From positions 1,407-65,406 of the forward strand of contig JBBABL010000001.1 in the NCBI GenBank assembly GCA_041657645.1: DNA of 64,000 bases, given 5' to 3'. Positions 18,891 through 28,400 of the stretch are shown one piece after another. Within the stretch, counting starts at the first letter, position 1. Each line of letters begins with the position of its first letter. The stretch comes from Minisyncoccota bacterium. GTDB lineage: Bacteria > Patescibacteriota > Minisyncoccia > Minisyncoccales > Minisyncoccaceae. Both the position numbers and the translations under genes were made by a program. Under the pieces are notes generated by a model, which worked only from the letters and a program-made list of their open reading frames with translations, was not told the DNA's origin and did not search any database.

Positions 18891-19529
18891 ATGGAAATAC
18901 CAGAAGATTACAAAAATGGATATAAGAATTTTTTAGGCGTTAAGATTGATTTATCTAAAAGGCCGTTAATTCCAAGAGAAGAAACAGAATATTGGGTTAG
19001 TACTTTTATTAATGACAACAATAAAAGTATTAAATGTTTAGATTTATTTTCTGGCTCAGGTTGCATTGGACTATCTATTTTAAAAAATATTAAAGAATCA
19101 ACTTGTGATTTTGGAGAAATAGACGATGGTTTTATTGAGCAAATTAAAATTAATATTGAGATTAATAATATAGATATTAATAGGTGTAAAGTATTAAAGA
19201 CAAATATTTTTTCAGGAATAAACGATAAGTATGATGTTATACTGGCAAACCCCCCTTATGTTGCAGAAGATAGAAAAGATGAGGTTGGTGAAGATGTTAA
19301 AAAATTTGAACCAGCAATTGCTCTATATGGAGGAAAAGATGGAATGGAAATTATTAGATTTTTCTTAACGGAGGCTAAGGAACACCTTAAGGAAGATGGT
19401 TTAATAATAATGGAATTTGATCCAGAGCAAAAAAAAGAAATAGAAGAAATAATCAAAAATATTTATTCAGATTATGAATTTAAAAAGGATCAATTTGATA
19501 AATATAGATTCGTTAAAATAAATAAATAA
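18891..19529 (+). CDS. prmC: Release-factor glutamine N5-methyltransferase (HemK/PrmC), short form
   Basis: It has the SAM-binding LDLFSGSGCIG, catalytic NPPYV, and FEPAIALYGGKDGM. Confidence 0.75.
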   Translation: MEIPEDYKNGYKNFLGVKIDLSKRPLIPREETEYWVSTFINDNNKSIKCLDLFSGSGCIGLSILKNIKESTCDFGEIDDGFIEQIKINIEINNIDINRCKVLKTNIFSGINDKYDVILANPPYVAEDRKDEVGEDVKKFEPAIALYGGKDGMEIIRFFLTEAKEHLKEDGLIIMEFDPEQKKEIEEIIKNIYSDYEFKKDQFDKYRFVKINK

Positions 19530-19530
19530 T

Positions 19531-20268
19531 ATGTGGGAATATATTTTATTAGGAGCATTGCAGGGAATATTTGAATGGGTTCCAATTTCAAGTGAAGGAG
19601 TTTTAACTCTTTTTTCAAGTTTTATAGTTACTGATATTAGTAGTATTGATTTTTCTTTATTTCTTCACTTAGGAACGATGTTAGCAATTATCATTTATTT
19701 TAGAAAAGATTGGATAGATTTAATTCTACTAAGGGATAAAAAATTACTTAGATTTTTTGTTATTGCCTCAATTATTTCTTTAGGACTGGGATTTATTATT
19801 TATAAAACAATGGGTGATATTAGTATTGGTTCAGGACTTTTATTCTTAATGGGAATAGGACTTCTTTTAACATCTTGGTTCCAGAGAAAAAATATTAAAT
19901 TAAAAATAAGCGACGACTTTTCTTCTGTTATAGTAGGACTACTACAGGGAATAGCTGTTATCCCTGGTGTTTCTCGTTCTGGTGCAACTATATTTGGTTT
20001 ATCTCTTAAAGAAAATGACCCTTCAGAAATATTAAAAAAATCTTATTTAATATCCTTGCCAGCCGTAGTTGCATCATCAGGATATATTTTTATAAGCAAT
20101 CCAGTTATTTCTTCTTTTCCATGGATAGCACTTCTATCAAGTTTTATCTTTGGAATTATATCTCTTAAAATAATTTTAGATTTTTCTAAGAAAGTTAATT
20201 TTTCAACCCTAACAATGGTATTCGGTTTACTTTGTTTAGTTGGTGGATTAATTGAAGTATGGATGTAA
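19531..20268 (+). CDS. uppP: Undecaprenyl-diphosphatase
   Basis: It is polytopic and has FEWVPISSEG, IPGVSRSGATIFG motifs. Confidence 0.85.
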   Translation: MWEYILLGALQGIFEWVPISSEGVLTLFSSFIVTDISSIDFSLFLHLGTMLAIIIYFRKDWIDLILLRDKKLLRFFVIASIISLGLGFIIYKTMGDISIGSGLLFLMGIGLLLTSWFQRKNIKLKISDDFSSVIVGLLQGIAVIPGVSRSGATIFGLSLKENDPSEILKKSYLISLPAVVASSGYIFISNPVISSFPWIALLSSFIFGIISLKIILDFSKKVNFSTLTMVFGLLCLVGGLIEVWM

Positions 20269-20930
20269 TACAAGAATTACAATCTAAAAAAAATAAAAAT
20301 CAAGCAGTAATATTGTCTCGATTCTTTAAAACTGGTAAAGGACAGTATGGAGAGGGAGATGTTTTTCTAGGAATTAAAGTTCCTATTCAAAGAGAGGTTT
20401 CAAAAAGACATACGGACATTTCCTTTAAAGATATTCAGGCGTTGCTTAATTCCAAGATTCATGAATGCAGACTTACAGGTCTTTTTATTATGATTGAAAA
20501 AGAAGACAAAGAAAAAGCTTTTAATCTTTATCTTAAAAATACAAAAAACATTAATAATTGGGATTTAGTAGACTTGTCAGCTCCTAAAATAGTGGGAGAA
20601 TACTTAAAAGATAAAAAAAGAAATATTTTATATTCTTTAGCTGTTTCTGATAATTTATGGGAGAAAAGAATATCAATTGTTTCAACATATGCTTTTATAA
20701 AAGAAAATGATTTTAAAGATACGATAAAAATAGCAAAAATATTGCTAAACGATAAACACGATTTGATTCATAAAGCAGTTGGTTGGATGTTAAGAGAAGT
20801 TGGGAAAAGGGACAAGGAACTTGAAAAGAGTTTTCTCAATAAATATTATCGTAATATGCCGAGAACTATGTTAAGATACTCAATAGAAAAGTTTAATCCA
20901 AAAGAAAGAGAGTTTTATATGAAAAAATAA
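20259..20930 (+). CDS. DNA alkylation repair protein (AlkD-like HEAT repeat)
   Basis: It has FFKTGKGQYGEGDVFLGIKVP, NNWDLVD, and HKAVGWMLREVGK. Confidence 0.75.
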   Translation: MDVIQELQSKKNKNQAVILSRFFKTGKGQYGEGDVFLGIKVPIQREVSKRHTDISFKDIQALLNSKIHECRLTGLFIMIEKEDKEKAFNLYLKNTKNINNWDLVDLSAPKIVGEYLKDKKRNILYSLAVSDNLWEKRISIVSTYAFIKENDFKDTIKIAKILLNDKHDLIHKAVGWMLREVGKRDKELEKSFLNKYYRNMPRTMLRYSIEKFNPKEREFYMKK

Positions 20931-20931
20931 T

Positions 20932-23304
20932 ATGGATTTAATAACATATATCTTAATTCTAATATTCATCTTATTATTAATAGTATTAATGCTATTAATT
21001 AAGAGATTGAACAATCATAAGACAATAAAGGAGTCCTTAGATTTTACCTTGTTCTCTGTTAAAATGAGCGGTGCCACTACTGAAGAAATTAGAGATTCGG
21101 GTAAGCAAGAGAAAGACTGGATTAAATCAATGGAAGATTTCTACAGTAGCCTTAATTCTTTATCAAAAGAAGGTGCCTTTGGAGTATCTCCATGGATAGC
21201 TTTAGAAATAGTAAAGCTTAAAGAGGAAATAGTTTTTTATGTGGCTACACCGAAAAGGTTTGAAAATTTTATTGAAAAAGAGATATATAGTTTGTATCCT
21301 TTTGCACAAGTAGAAAAAAGTGACGATTATAATATATTTGCTCCTACCGAAAATGTTTATTGCGGTTATTTAAAAACAACGAAACCTTTTTATCTTCCCA
21401 TTAAAACTTATAATAATATGGACTCTGATCCATTATCTTCAATCACAAACATATTTACCAAATTAAAAACTCACGAAGAAGCAGCTGTTCAGTTAGTTAT
21501 AAGAAAATCATCAAATAATTGGAGAGATAGAGCGAAAATGATTATTAATGAAGTTTCTCAAGGAAAGAATTTTACTCAAGCAATGGGAGCAACAAATTTA
21601 TTATCAACTATTAAAGGAAAAGACGAGAAAAATATTTATGAATCAAAAGTTGACGAAGAGCTTCTAGAGATTCTTGAATCTAAGATTAGTAAGAATAGTT
21701 TTGAAACAAATATTAGATTGGTTGTTTCTACTGATGATAAAAATAAAAGCGAAAGTGTGTTTTTACAAATGGCTAATTCTTTTGGGCAATTTAATTCTCC
21801 AAAGACAAATAGTTTTAGGCTTATAAGAACCAAGGGAAGATCTTTTGATGAGTTGATATATAAATATACTTTTAGACTTTTTGATTCTTCTTCAAGTAAT
21901 ATATTAGATACGGAAGAATTAACTAGTGTATTTCATTTTCCAACACCATTGACTAAGACACCAAATATAAAGGGAGTTAGCTCAAAAGTATCAGCACCAC
22001 CAATTAATCTTCCTAGCGAAGGATTATTATTAGGATATAATGAATATAGAGAAGAGAAAAAAGATATTAAAATGAAAAGAGATGACAGAAGAAGACATAT
22101 GTATATTATTGGACAAACCGGAACTGGTAAATCTTCTCTTCTTTCATCAATGGCTCTTCAAGATATTCAAAATGGAGAGGGAATTGGAATGTTAGACCCA
22201 CACGGTGATTTAATTGACGATGTTTTGAGTAAGATGCCTAAAGAAAGAATAGAAGATGTTGTTCTATTTGATCCAACAAATTTAGAAAGATCGGTTGGTT
22301 TGAATATGCTTGAGTATGATGCTCGTTTTCCAGAGCAAAAAACATTCATTGTTAATGAGATGATTAATATTTTAGATAAGCTTTACGACTTGAGACAAAC
22401 TGGTGGTCCAATGTTTGAGCAATATACTAGAAATGCCCTTATGCTTTTAATGGATGATCCTAACGATGTGTATACCTTAATGGAAATACCAAGGGTTTTA
22501 GCTGATACAGAATTTAGAAAAAGGCTTTTATCTAAATGTAAAAATATTTTAGTGAAGGAGTTCTGGGAAAAACAGGCAGAACAGGCAGGAGGAGATGCAG
22601 CATTAAAAAACATGGTGCCATATATTACATCTAAATTTGACAATTTTATATCTAATGACTATATGCGCCCTATTATTGGACAAACTAAAAGCACTTTTAA
22701 TTTTAGAGAAATTATTGATGGTAAAAAAGTATTTTTAGTTAATCTAAGTAAGGGAAGATTGGGTGAGATAAATAGTTCTCTTTTAGGATTAATCATTACA
22801 AGCAAATTATCGCTAGCTGCTTTTTCAAGGGTTGATATTCCTGAAAGTGAGAGAAAAGATTTTTACTTATATATGGATGAGTTCCAAAACTTTGCCACTA
22901 AAACAATCTCAATTATTTTATCAGAGGCAAGAAAGTATAGATTAGGTTTAATAATGTCTCACCAATTTATAGCTCAACTGCCTGAGGAAATAAGGGATAG
23001 TGTCTTTGGAAATGTTGGAACAATAGCTTCATTTAGAGTAGGAGCTGAAGATGCTAAGTTTTTGGAGAAAGAATTTGAGCCTGTATTTAATAGTCAAGAC
23101 TTAATGAATATTAACAACTTCAGTTTTTATATTAAAATGATGATGGATGGACAAATATCTAAACCTTTTAATGTTAAAACGTACTTACCAGAAAAAGGAA
23201 ATTATGAAAGAGCAAGTGATATTAAGGAGTATTATTCTTTGACTTATGCTAAAAGAAAACAAGCAGTTGAAGAGGAAATATCAAGAAGAAGGCTTGACAG
23301 ATAA
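20932..23304 (+). CDS. VirD4/TraD/TraG-like (type IV coupling protein family) P-loop ATPase with an N-terminal TM helix and a roughly 380-aa unassigned N-domain
   Basis: It has Walker A (IIGQTGTGKSS), Walker B-like FYLYMDEFQNF, and an ARKYRLGLIMSHQ motif. A single N-terminal hydrophobic helix is present (ITYILILIFILLLIVLMLLI). Confidence 0.7.
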   Translation: MDLITYILILIFILLLIVLMLLIKRLNNHKTIKESLDFTLFSVKMSGATTEEIRDSGKQEKDWIKSMEDFYSSLNSLSKEGAFGVSPWIALEIVKLKEEIVFYVATPKRFENFIEKEIYSLYPFAQVEKSDDYNIFAPTENVYCGYLKTTKPFYLPIKTYNNMDSDPLSSITNIFTKLKTHEEAAVQLVIRKSSNNWRDRAKMIINEVSQGKNFTQAMGATNLLSTIKGKDEKNIYESKVDEELLEILESKISKNSFETNIRLVVSTDDKNKSESVFLQMANSFGQFNSPKTNSFRLIRTKGRSFDELIYKYTFRLFDSSSSNILDTEELTSVFHFPTPLTKTPNIKGVSSKVSAPPINLPSEGLLLGYNEYREEKKDIKMKRDDRRRHMYIIGQTGTGKSSLLSSMALQDIQNGEGIGMLDPHGDLIDDVLSKMPKERIEDVVLFDPTNLERSVGLNMLEYDARFPEQKTFIVNEMINILDKLYDLRQTGGPMFEQYTRNALMLLMDDPNDVYTLMEIPRVLADTEFRKRLLSKCKNILVKEFWEKQAEQAGGDAALKNMVPYITSKFDNFISNDYMRPIIGQTKSTFNFREIIDGKKVFLVNLSKGRLGEINSSLLGLIITSKLSLAAFSRVDIPESERKDFYLYMDEFQNFATKTISIILSEARKYRLGLIMSHQFIAQLPEEIRDSVFGNVGTIASFRVGAEDAKFLEKEFEPVFNSQDLMNINNFSFYIKMMMDGQISKPFNVKTYLPEKGNYERASDIKEYYSLTYAKRKQAVEEEISRRRLDR

Positions 23305-23321
23305 TAGGTATATGTTAAAAT
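23294..23321 (+). promoter_or_regulatory. Putative extended -10 promoter inside the 3' end of the ATPase gene
   Basis: TTGACA (23294-23299) is followed by a 16-nt spacer ending in TGT, then TAAAAT (23316-23321). Confidence 0.5.
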
Positions 23322-23351
23322 TAACACATAATACGAATAATCAATAAAAAT

Positions 23352-24785
23352 ATGGAAAATAAAGAAAAAATAGACAACGAAGAAGATAAAATATTAGAGG
23401 TAGACGAACTTTCCAATGCTTATAATCCAGATAAATCTAGCGAAGTAGATAATTCTAAAATTATTGAAATAAAAGATATAGTTGATGATAAGATTGATCC
23501 TACTAAACCTGATGAAATCATTGAAATTGAAGACCTTGAGAAGCAACTTCCTCACAATAGAGAGTTCGATGAAGAAAATAAAATAGAAGATATCTTGAAT
23601 AAAGGAAAAGAAATAAAAGAAAATAGGGAAGAAGTAGAATTTATTATAAATGAAATAGAAAGATGGCTTGAGGATTTAAGATTAGCTAAAGATGATAAAA
23701 ATAAAGGAAAAGGTCTGCTTGCTAAGCTAGGATTGGGTAAAAAATCAACTGGATTAAGTGAAGATTATAAAAAGATACTTTTAGGGGGAAATAATATTGC
23801 AAAACAAGTTAATTTGTTAAAAGAAAACAATAAAAACATTGAATTTACAGCGGATCAGCAAGAAGTTTTGAACACCTTTGAAAGATTATTTGAAGATGAA
23901 AAAGAATCTCTTTCAGAAAGTGTTAAAAAAAGCATTGAAAAATCTGAAGAAAATACTGCTGAAGAAATTGAAGATATCTCGCCTGAACAAAAAAAATTAC
24001 TGGACAAAGTAAAGAAATTCTTAGGGAATAAGAGAGTTCAATTTGTTATAGGTGCATTAATAATAGGGCTAGCAGTTGCTGCCCCCCCTACAGGTGCCTT
24101 GAGTTTCTATACCCTTGGATTGTTGCCAGGATTTTTACCAGCTTCTGCTGCTACAAGTGCAACAGCTTTGACTAGTGCTGCTGGCGGGCTATTAATATCT
24201 CGTGAGGTTATTGAAGCATTTTTTAAAAAAGCTAAAGAAGGAGAAGTAATTAAAATTGCTGAGCCTGAAACTATTGTTAATAATGATGAAAGAGAGGAAG
24301 AAGATTTAGTTGGAGAAGAAGTGCTTGACAATCCAGTTGTTTCTGAAGAGCATCAAGAAAAAGAAATTGAGGAGGAAATGTTTGATAATCCAGTTGTTTC
24401 TGAAGAGCATCAAGAAGAAGAAATTGAGGAGGAAATGTTTGATAATCCAGTTGCTTCCGGGGAGTACCAACAGGCTCAAAAAGAAGTAAATGAAGAATTT
24501 GATGAAGAACCAATTGAAACATCTGAGCCTAAGGAAGAAAAAGATTACTTTAAGATAATTCAAGAAGGAATTAACGAAAAAGACCCTATAGAGGTAGGAT
24601 TTAAAGATAAAAGAACTGGAAGAGTAGATTCTTGGGGATGGAGAGCAGTTGATATTGTAAAATCTATCAATAACCAGCCAGATAAAATTCGTATTGAAAA
24701 GAAAGTAGCCAATGGAGGCGTATCTCTAAAATTAGTTGATTTAAATGATTTAATGTTTAAAAAATCTGATCAATTTAGAGTATAA
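23352..24785 (+). CDS. Highly acidic hypothetical membrane protein with tandem repeats
   Basis: The 477-aa protein is E/D/K-rich. It has a central Ala/Gly-rich hydrophobic pair of helices (FVIGALIIGLAVAAPP...LLPGFLPASAATSATALTSAAGGLLI), a 19-aa tandem repeat, and a basic C-terminal globular region. Confidence 0.6.
   Translation: MENKEKIDNEEDKILEVDELSNAYNPDKSSEVDNSKIIEIKDIVDDKIDPTKPDEIIEIEDLEKQLPHNREFDEENKIEDILNKGKEIKENREEVEFIINEIERWLEDLRLAKDDKNKGKGLLAKLGLGKKSTGLSEDYKKILLGGNNIAKQVNLLKENNKNIEFTADQQEVLNTFERLFEDEKESLSESVKKSIEKSEENTAEEIEDISPEQKKLLDKVKKFLGNKRVQFVIGALIIGLAVAAPPTGALSFYTLGLLPGFLPASAATSATALTSAAGGLLISREVIEAFFKKAKEGEVIKIAEPETIVNNDEREEEDLVGEEVLDNPVVSEEHQEKEIEEEMFDNPVVSEEHQEEEIEEEMFDNPVASGEYQQAQKEVNEEFDEEPIETSEPKEEKDYFKIIQEGINEKDPIEVGFKDKRTGRVDSWGWRAVDIVKSINNQPDKIRIEKKVANGGVSLKLVDLNDLMFKKSDQFRV
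24327..24473 (+). repeat. In-frame 57-nt tandem repeat (2 full copies plus 1 diverged partial copy)
   Basis: The unit at 24327-24383 recurs at 24384-24440 with 2 substitutions, encoding DNPVVSEEHQE(K/E)EIEEEMF. A third copy degenerates after DNPVAS. Confidence 0.9.
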
Positions 24786-24809
24786 TTAACAAATTAATAA
24801 TTTAAAAAA

Positions 24810-25112
24810 ATGGAAAAAGAAATTGTAACTAAATGTGAAAGCGCAATAGAAGAATTAGGATTAGACATTCTTCCAGAAGAAGAAAAAGTAGAAATAATTC
24901 AAAGAATGACTGATCTTGTTTGTGACAGAGTAATGCTTAAATTAATTAGCAGAATTAGCGATGAAGAAATTGAAGAAGCAAATGATATTATGAGTGGCAC
25001 TGATGAGAAAAAACAAGCAGAATTTTTAGCCATAAAAATGCCTGATTTCTTAAGTGTCGTAGAAGAAGAAGTAAATAATGCTAAGAAAGAAATTAATAAT
25101 AATATTGAATAA
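24810..25112 (+). CDS. Small acidic hypothetical protein
   Basis: The protein is 100 aa, predicted helical, and has no recognisable motif. Confidence 0.5.
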   Translation: MEKEIVTKCESAIEELGLDILPEEEKVEIIQRMTDLVCDRVMLKLISRISDEEIEEANDIMSGTDEKKQAEFLAIKMPDFLSVVEEEVNNAKKEINNNIE

Positions 25113-25456
25113 TGGAAAATAAAAGAGAAAGTGAAATAGGTGGTTTTGAAAATATTCCAGAAAGAGCAGAAAGAGAAATTTTTTCTCATGAAAAGTTGGA
25201 AAAATTAGAAGAGCCTGAATTAAAAATAAAGTCTATTGACGAAATTGCAGGAGGCAATATTGAAGCTATAAAAGAAAATAGTGGGACCATAAAAATTACA
25301 GAAGAAGAAAAGAAAGTTCTTCTTCGTGTGAAAGAGTCACAGGGAGCAAGTATTGGAAAGATAGCAAAAATTATTAATACAATTAAAAGAAAATTTACCC
25401 CCTTTGGAGTTGATAGTTATCACGACAAAATGACTAAGAAAAAAGATGGCCAATAG
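25112..25456 (+). CDS. Small hypothetical protein
   Basis: The protein is 114 aa. Its ATG overlaps the previous stop (TAATG). The N-terminus is acidic and the C-terminus basic. Confidence 0.5.
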   Translation: MENKRESEIGGFENIPERAEREIFSHEKLEKLEEPELKIKSIDEIAGGNIEAIKENSGTIKITEEEKKVLLRVKESQGASIGKIAKIINTIKRKFTPFGVDSYHDKMTKKKDGQ

Positions 25457-25469
25457 GCCATTTTCTTTT
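25446..25469 (+). terminator. Intrinsic terminator overlapping the stop codon
   Basis: The stem ATGGCC/GGCCAT closes an AATA loop and is followed by TTTCTTTT. Confidence 0.6.
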
Positions 25470-25496
25470 ACCCTATTTTGATGTATAATTGTCTTA

Positions 25497-28400
25497 ATGA
25501 AGGATGATTTACTTTCTGACTTGAATAAAGAACAAAAAGAAGCGGTTATTTTTAATAATGGACCGCTTTTGATTGTTGCAGGAGCAGGAACAGGAAAAAC
25601 AACAGTTTTAACAAGAAGAATAGCATATTTAATTAATAATGGAGTCAAACCAGAAGAGATTTTAGCTGTAACTTTTACCGAAAAGGCGGCCAGAGAAATG
25701 GAAGAAAGAGTAGAGAGTCTTTTGCCGTTTGATTATTATGATTTTTGGATTTCAACTTTTCATTCTTTTTGTGATAGGGTTTTAAAAAGGCACGGTTTGT
25801 CAATTGGCATACCAACTAATTATAGGTTATTAGAGTCAGCTGGAAGTTGGATGTTGATTAAGAAGAATTTTGATAAATTTAGTTTCTTGAAAGAGTATAG
25901 GCCACTTGGAAATCCAACTAAGTTTATTCAAGCTCTCGTTTCCCATTTTTCTCAATGTAAGAACGAAGGAATATATCCCGAAAATTATATTGAATATGAA
26001 AAATCTCTTAAGAATGACGATAACGATTTAGAGAGAATAAAAGAAGTAGCTAAAGCATACGAAGTTTATCAGCAATTATTATTAGATAATAATGTTTTAG
26101 ATTTTGGAGATTTAATAAACTATACACTAAAAATATTTGAAAAAAAGAAAGATGTTTTGGAGAGATACAGGAAGCAATTTAAGTATATTATGGTTGATGA
26201 ATTTCAAGATACAAATTGGGTTCAATATGAATTAATTAAAAAACTTGCCCATCCGAATAATAATATCACAATAGTCGGAGACGATGACCAATGTCTAATT
26301 GGAGATTCTAAAATAGATATATTAAAAGATAAAGAGATTAAAAAGATAAAGATTAAGAATGTTAAAAAAGGTGACGATGTTTTAACAGCAATAGGAAAAG
26401 GCCATTTAGGATTATCTCAAGTTAAAAATATCTCAAAAAGTAAAAAAAAGACTGAACTAATTACCGTTAAGACAAAAAGTGGAAATTGCTTAACTATTAC
26501 AGATAATCATAAGATGTTCTGCATGGTTCCTTCATCAGAAAGACGAATTAAGAATAATTATCATTATGTATATTTAATGTATAGAGATGATATTGGCTGG
26601 AGGATTGGGAAAACAGATAACTTATTCGGAAGATTAATGCTCGAAAGATCGGCAGACAGTATTATAGGGTTAAGAGATTTTGATAGTGATTCTGAAGCAA
26701 GGTATTATGAAACATTATGGTCTTTGAAGTACGGAATTCCTACGAGTTGTTTTTGTGAAAGGGAAGGAACCGTTATTAAAAAAGAATTACTTCGCAAGCT
26801 TTACGAGGAAATAGATGTTTCGAAGGGAGTCATAACTCTTGCTAGAGATTTAAATATTGATTTAAATACACATCATTGTTATTTGGGTGGAGTGAACAGG
26901 GGGAATAAAAAGAGAGTTAAAATTAATATTGTGATGTGTTCAAGAAATAGCAGGATTAAAAATGCAAAAGATATTATAGAGAATCCAAAAATTATACATA
27001 CACTAAATATTGATACTTCAATTAAAGAGATAATTGATAAATTAGAGAAAGCAGGTTTTAAATTAGCAAAAGCCAAAAATGGAAAAAAATTAGTTATAAG
27101 TAGTACCGATATACGGGAGATAGGCAAAAAAGCTAAAGAGCTTCAGAATCTTTTGGGTGGTTTTATAGATTTTAAATTTTATGCAGGGCTTGGGCTTGAT
27201 ATTAAAAATAAGAAAAGAAAAAATAACCCAGCAAAAGTTATTCCTGCCAAAAACTTGTTAAGAGGACATTATTTGCCAATTAAGAGAGGAAACGATGTTG
27301 TTTATGATGAAATTATTGATATTAAAAGAGAAAGTAAAACAGTTGATGTTTATGACCTAGAAGTAAAGGGGACTCATAATTTTATTGCTGAAGAAATTGT
27401 TGTTCATAATTCAATCTTTTCCTTTCAAGGAAGTTCGTTTAATAATGTTTTAAGATTTAAAAAAGATTATCCTAAATCTAAAGAAATTGTTCTAATAGAA
27501 AATTATAGGTCGCCACAGAACATTCTTGATTTATCATATAGTTTTATCCAAAAGAATAATCCTAATAGATTAGAGTGTAAATTAAATGATTCCGAGATAT
27601 TTTTAGATGCAGAAAAAAAAGGAATAGATTTGAAAAACTTTAAAGGTATAAGTAAAAAACTAAAAAGTAATCAAGACAAAGACGGTATTGTTGAGTTATT
27701 AAGTTTTGAAGGAGTTGATCAAGAGATAACAGGAGTTGTTAATAAGATTTGGGAAATTAAAGAAATAGATGATACATCATCTTTTTCGAGCTTTTCTATT
27801 TTAACAAGAACCAATAATGCTGCTGATATATTTTCTCGGGCGTTAGAAAGAGCAGGCATTCCTTATCAATTCATTTCTTCTAAAGGATTATACACGGATC
27901 CTTTAATAATAGACTTAATTTCCTACTTAAAAGTTGTTCTTAATTTTTATGACTCACTTAGTTTTTATAGAGTATTAAGATTAATGAATTTTTCTCCTGA
28001 AGAAGTTTCAATAATAATACAATATAGTGACAAGAAAGGAATTCCTATTTTTGAATCACTTAAGAATAGTCATTTGTTAAGTAAATTTACATCTGAAACA
28101 AAAGTAAAAATTAATAAACTAATTAAGAACCTTAATAATCATTACAATTTGTCAAAAGACAGAAATATTGGTGAAGTTTTTGTTAATGTTATTCAAGATC
28201 TTGAGTACGGTAAATATATTCCAGAAAATACAGAAGATGGTTTTAGAAAGTGGGAATTAATTGATCAATTTTATGAGAAAGCGAAAGAATTTGAAAATTC
28301 TCAAGCTGATGCAAAACTTCCTGCCTTTATTGAAAATATTCAGATGGAGTTAGATGCAGGAGAAGAAGGATCATTAAGGAAAAATATTGATTCTCATTTT

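Noticed and set aside
20932-23304. The coupling-protein-like ATPase as evidence for a conjugative island.
   Set aside because: No relaxase, VirB4/VirB6/VirB8-like genes, oriT-like repeats, integrase adjacency or compositional shift is visible. The flanks are housekeeping genes with overlapping starts and stops.
24327-24473. The tandem repeats as a CRISPR array or satellite.
   Set aside because: The units are directly adjacent with no spacers, are in-frame inside a long ORF, and encode a sensible acidic peptide repeat. No cas genes are present.
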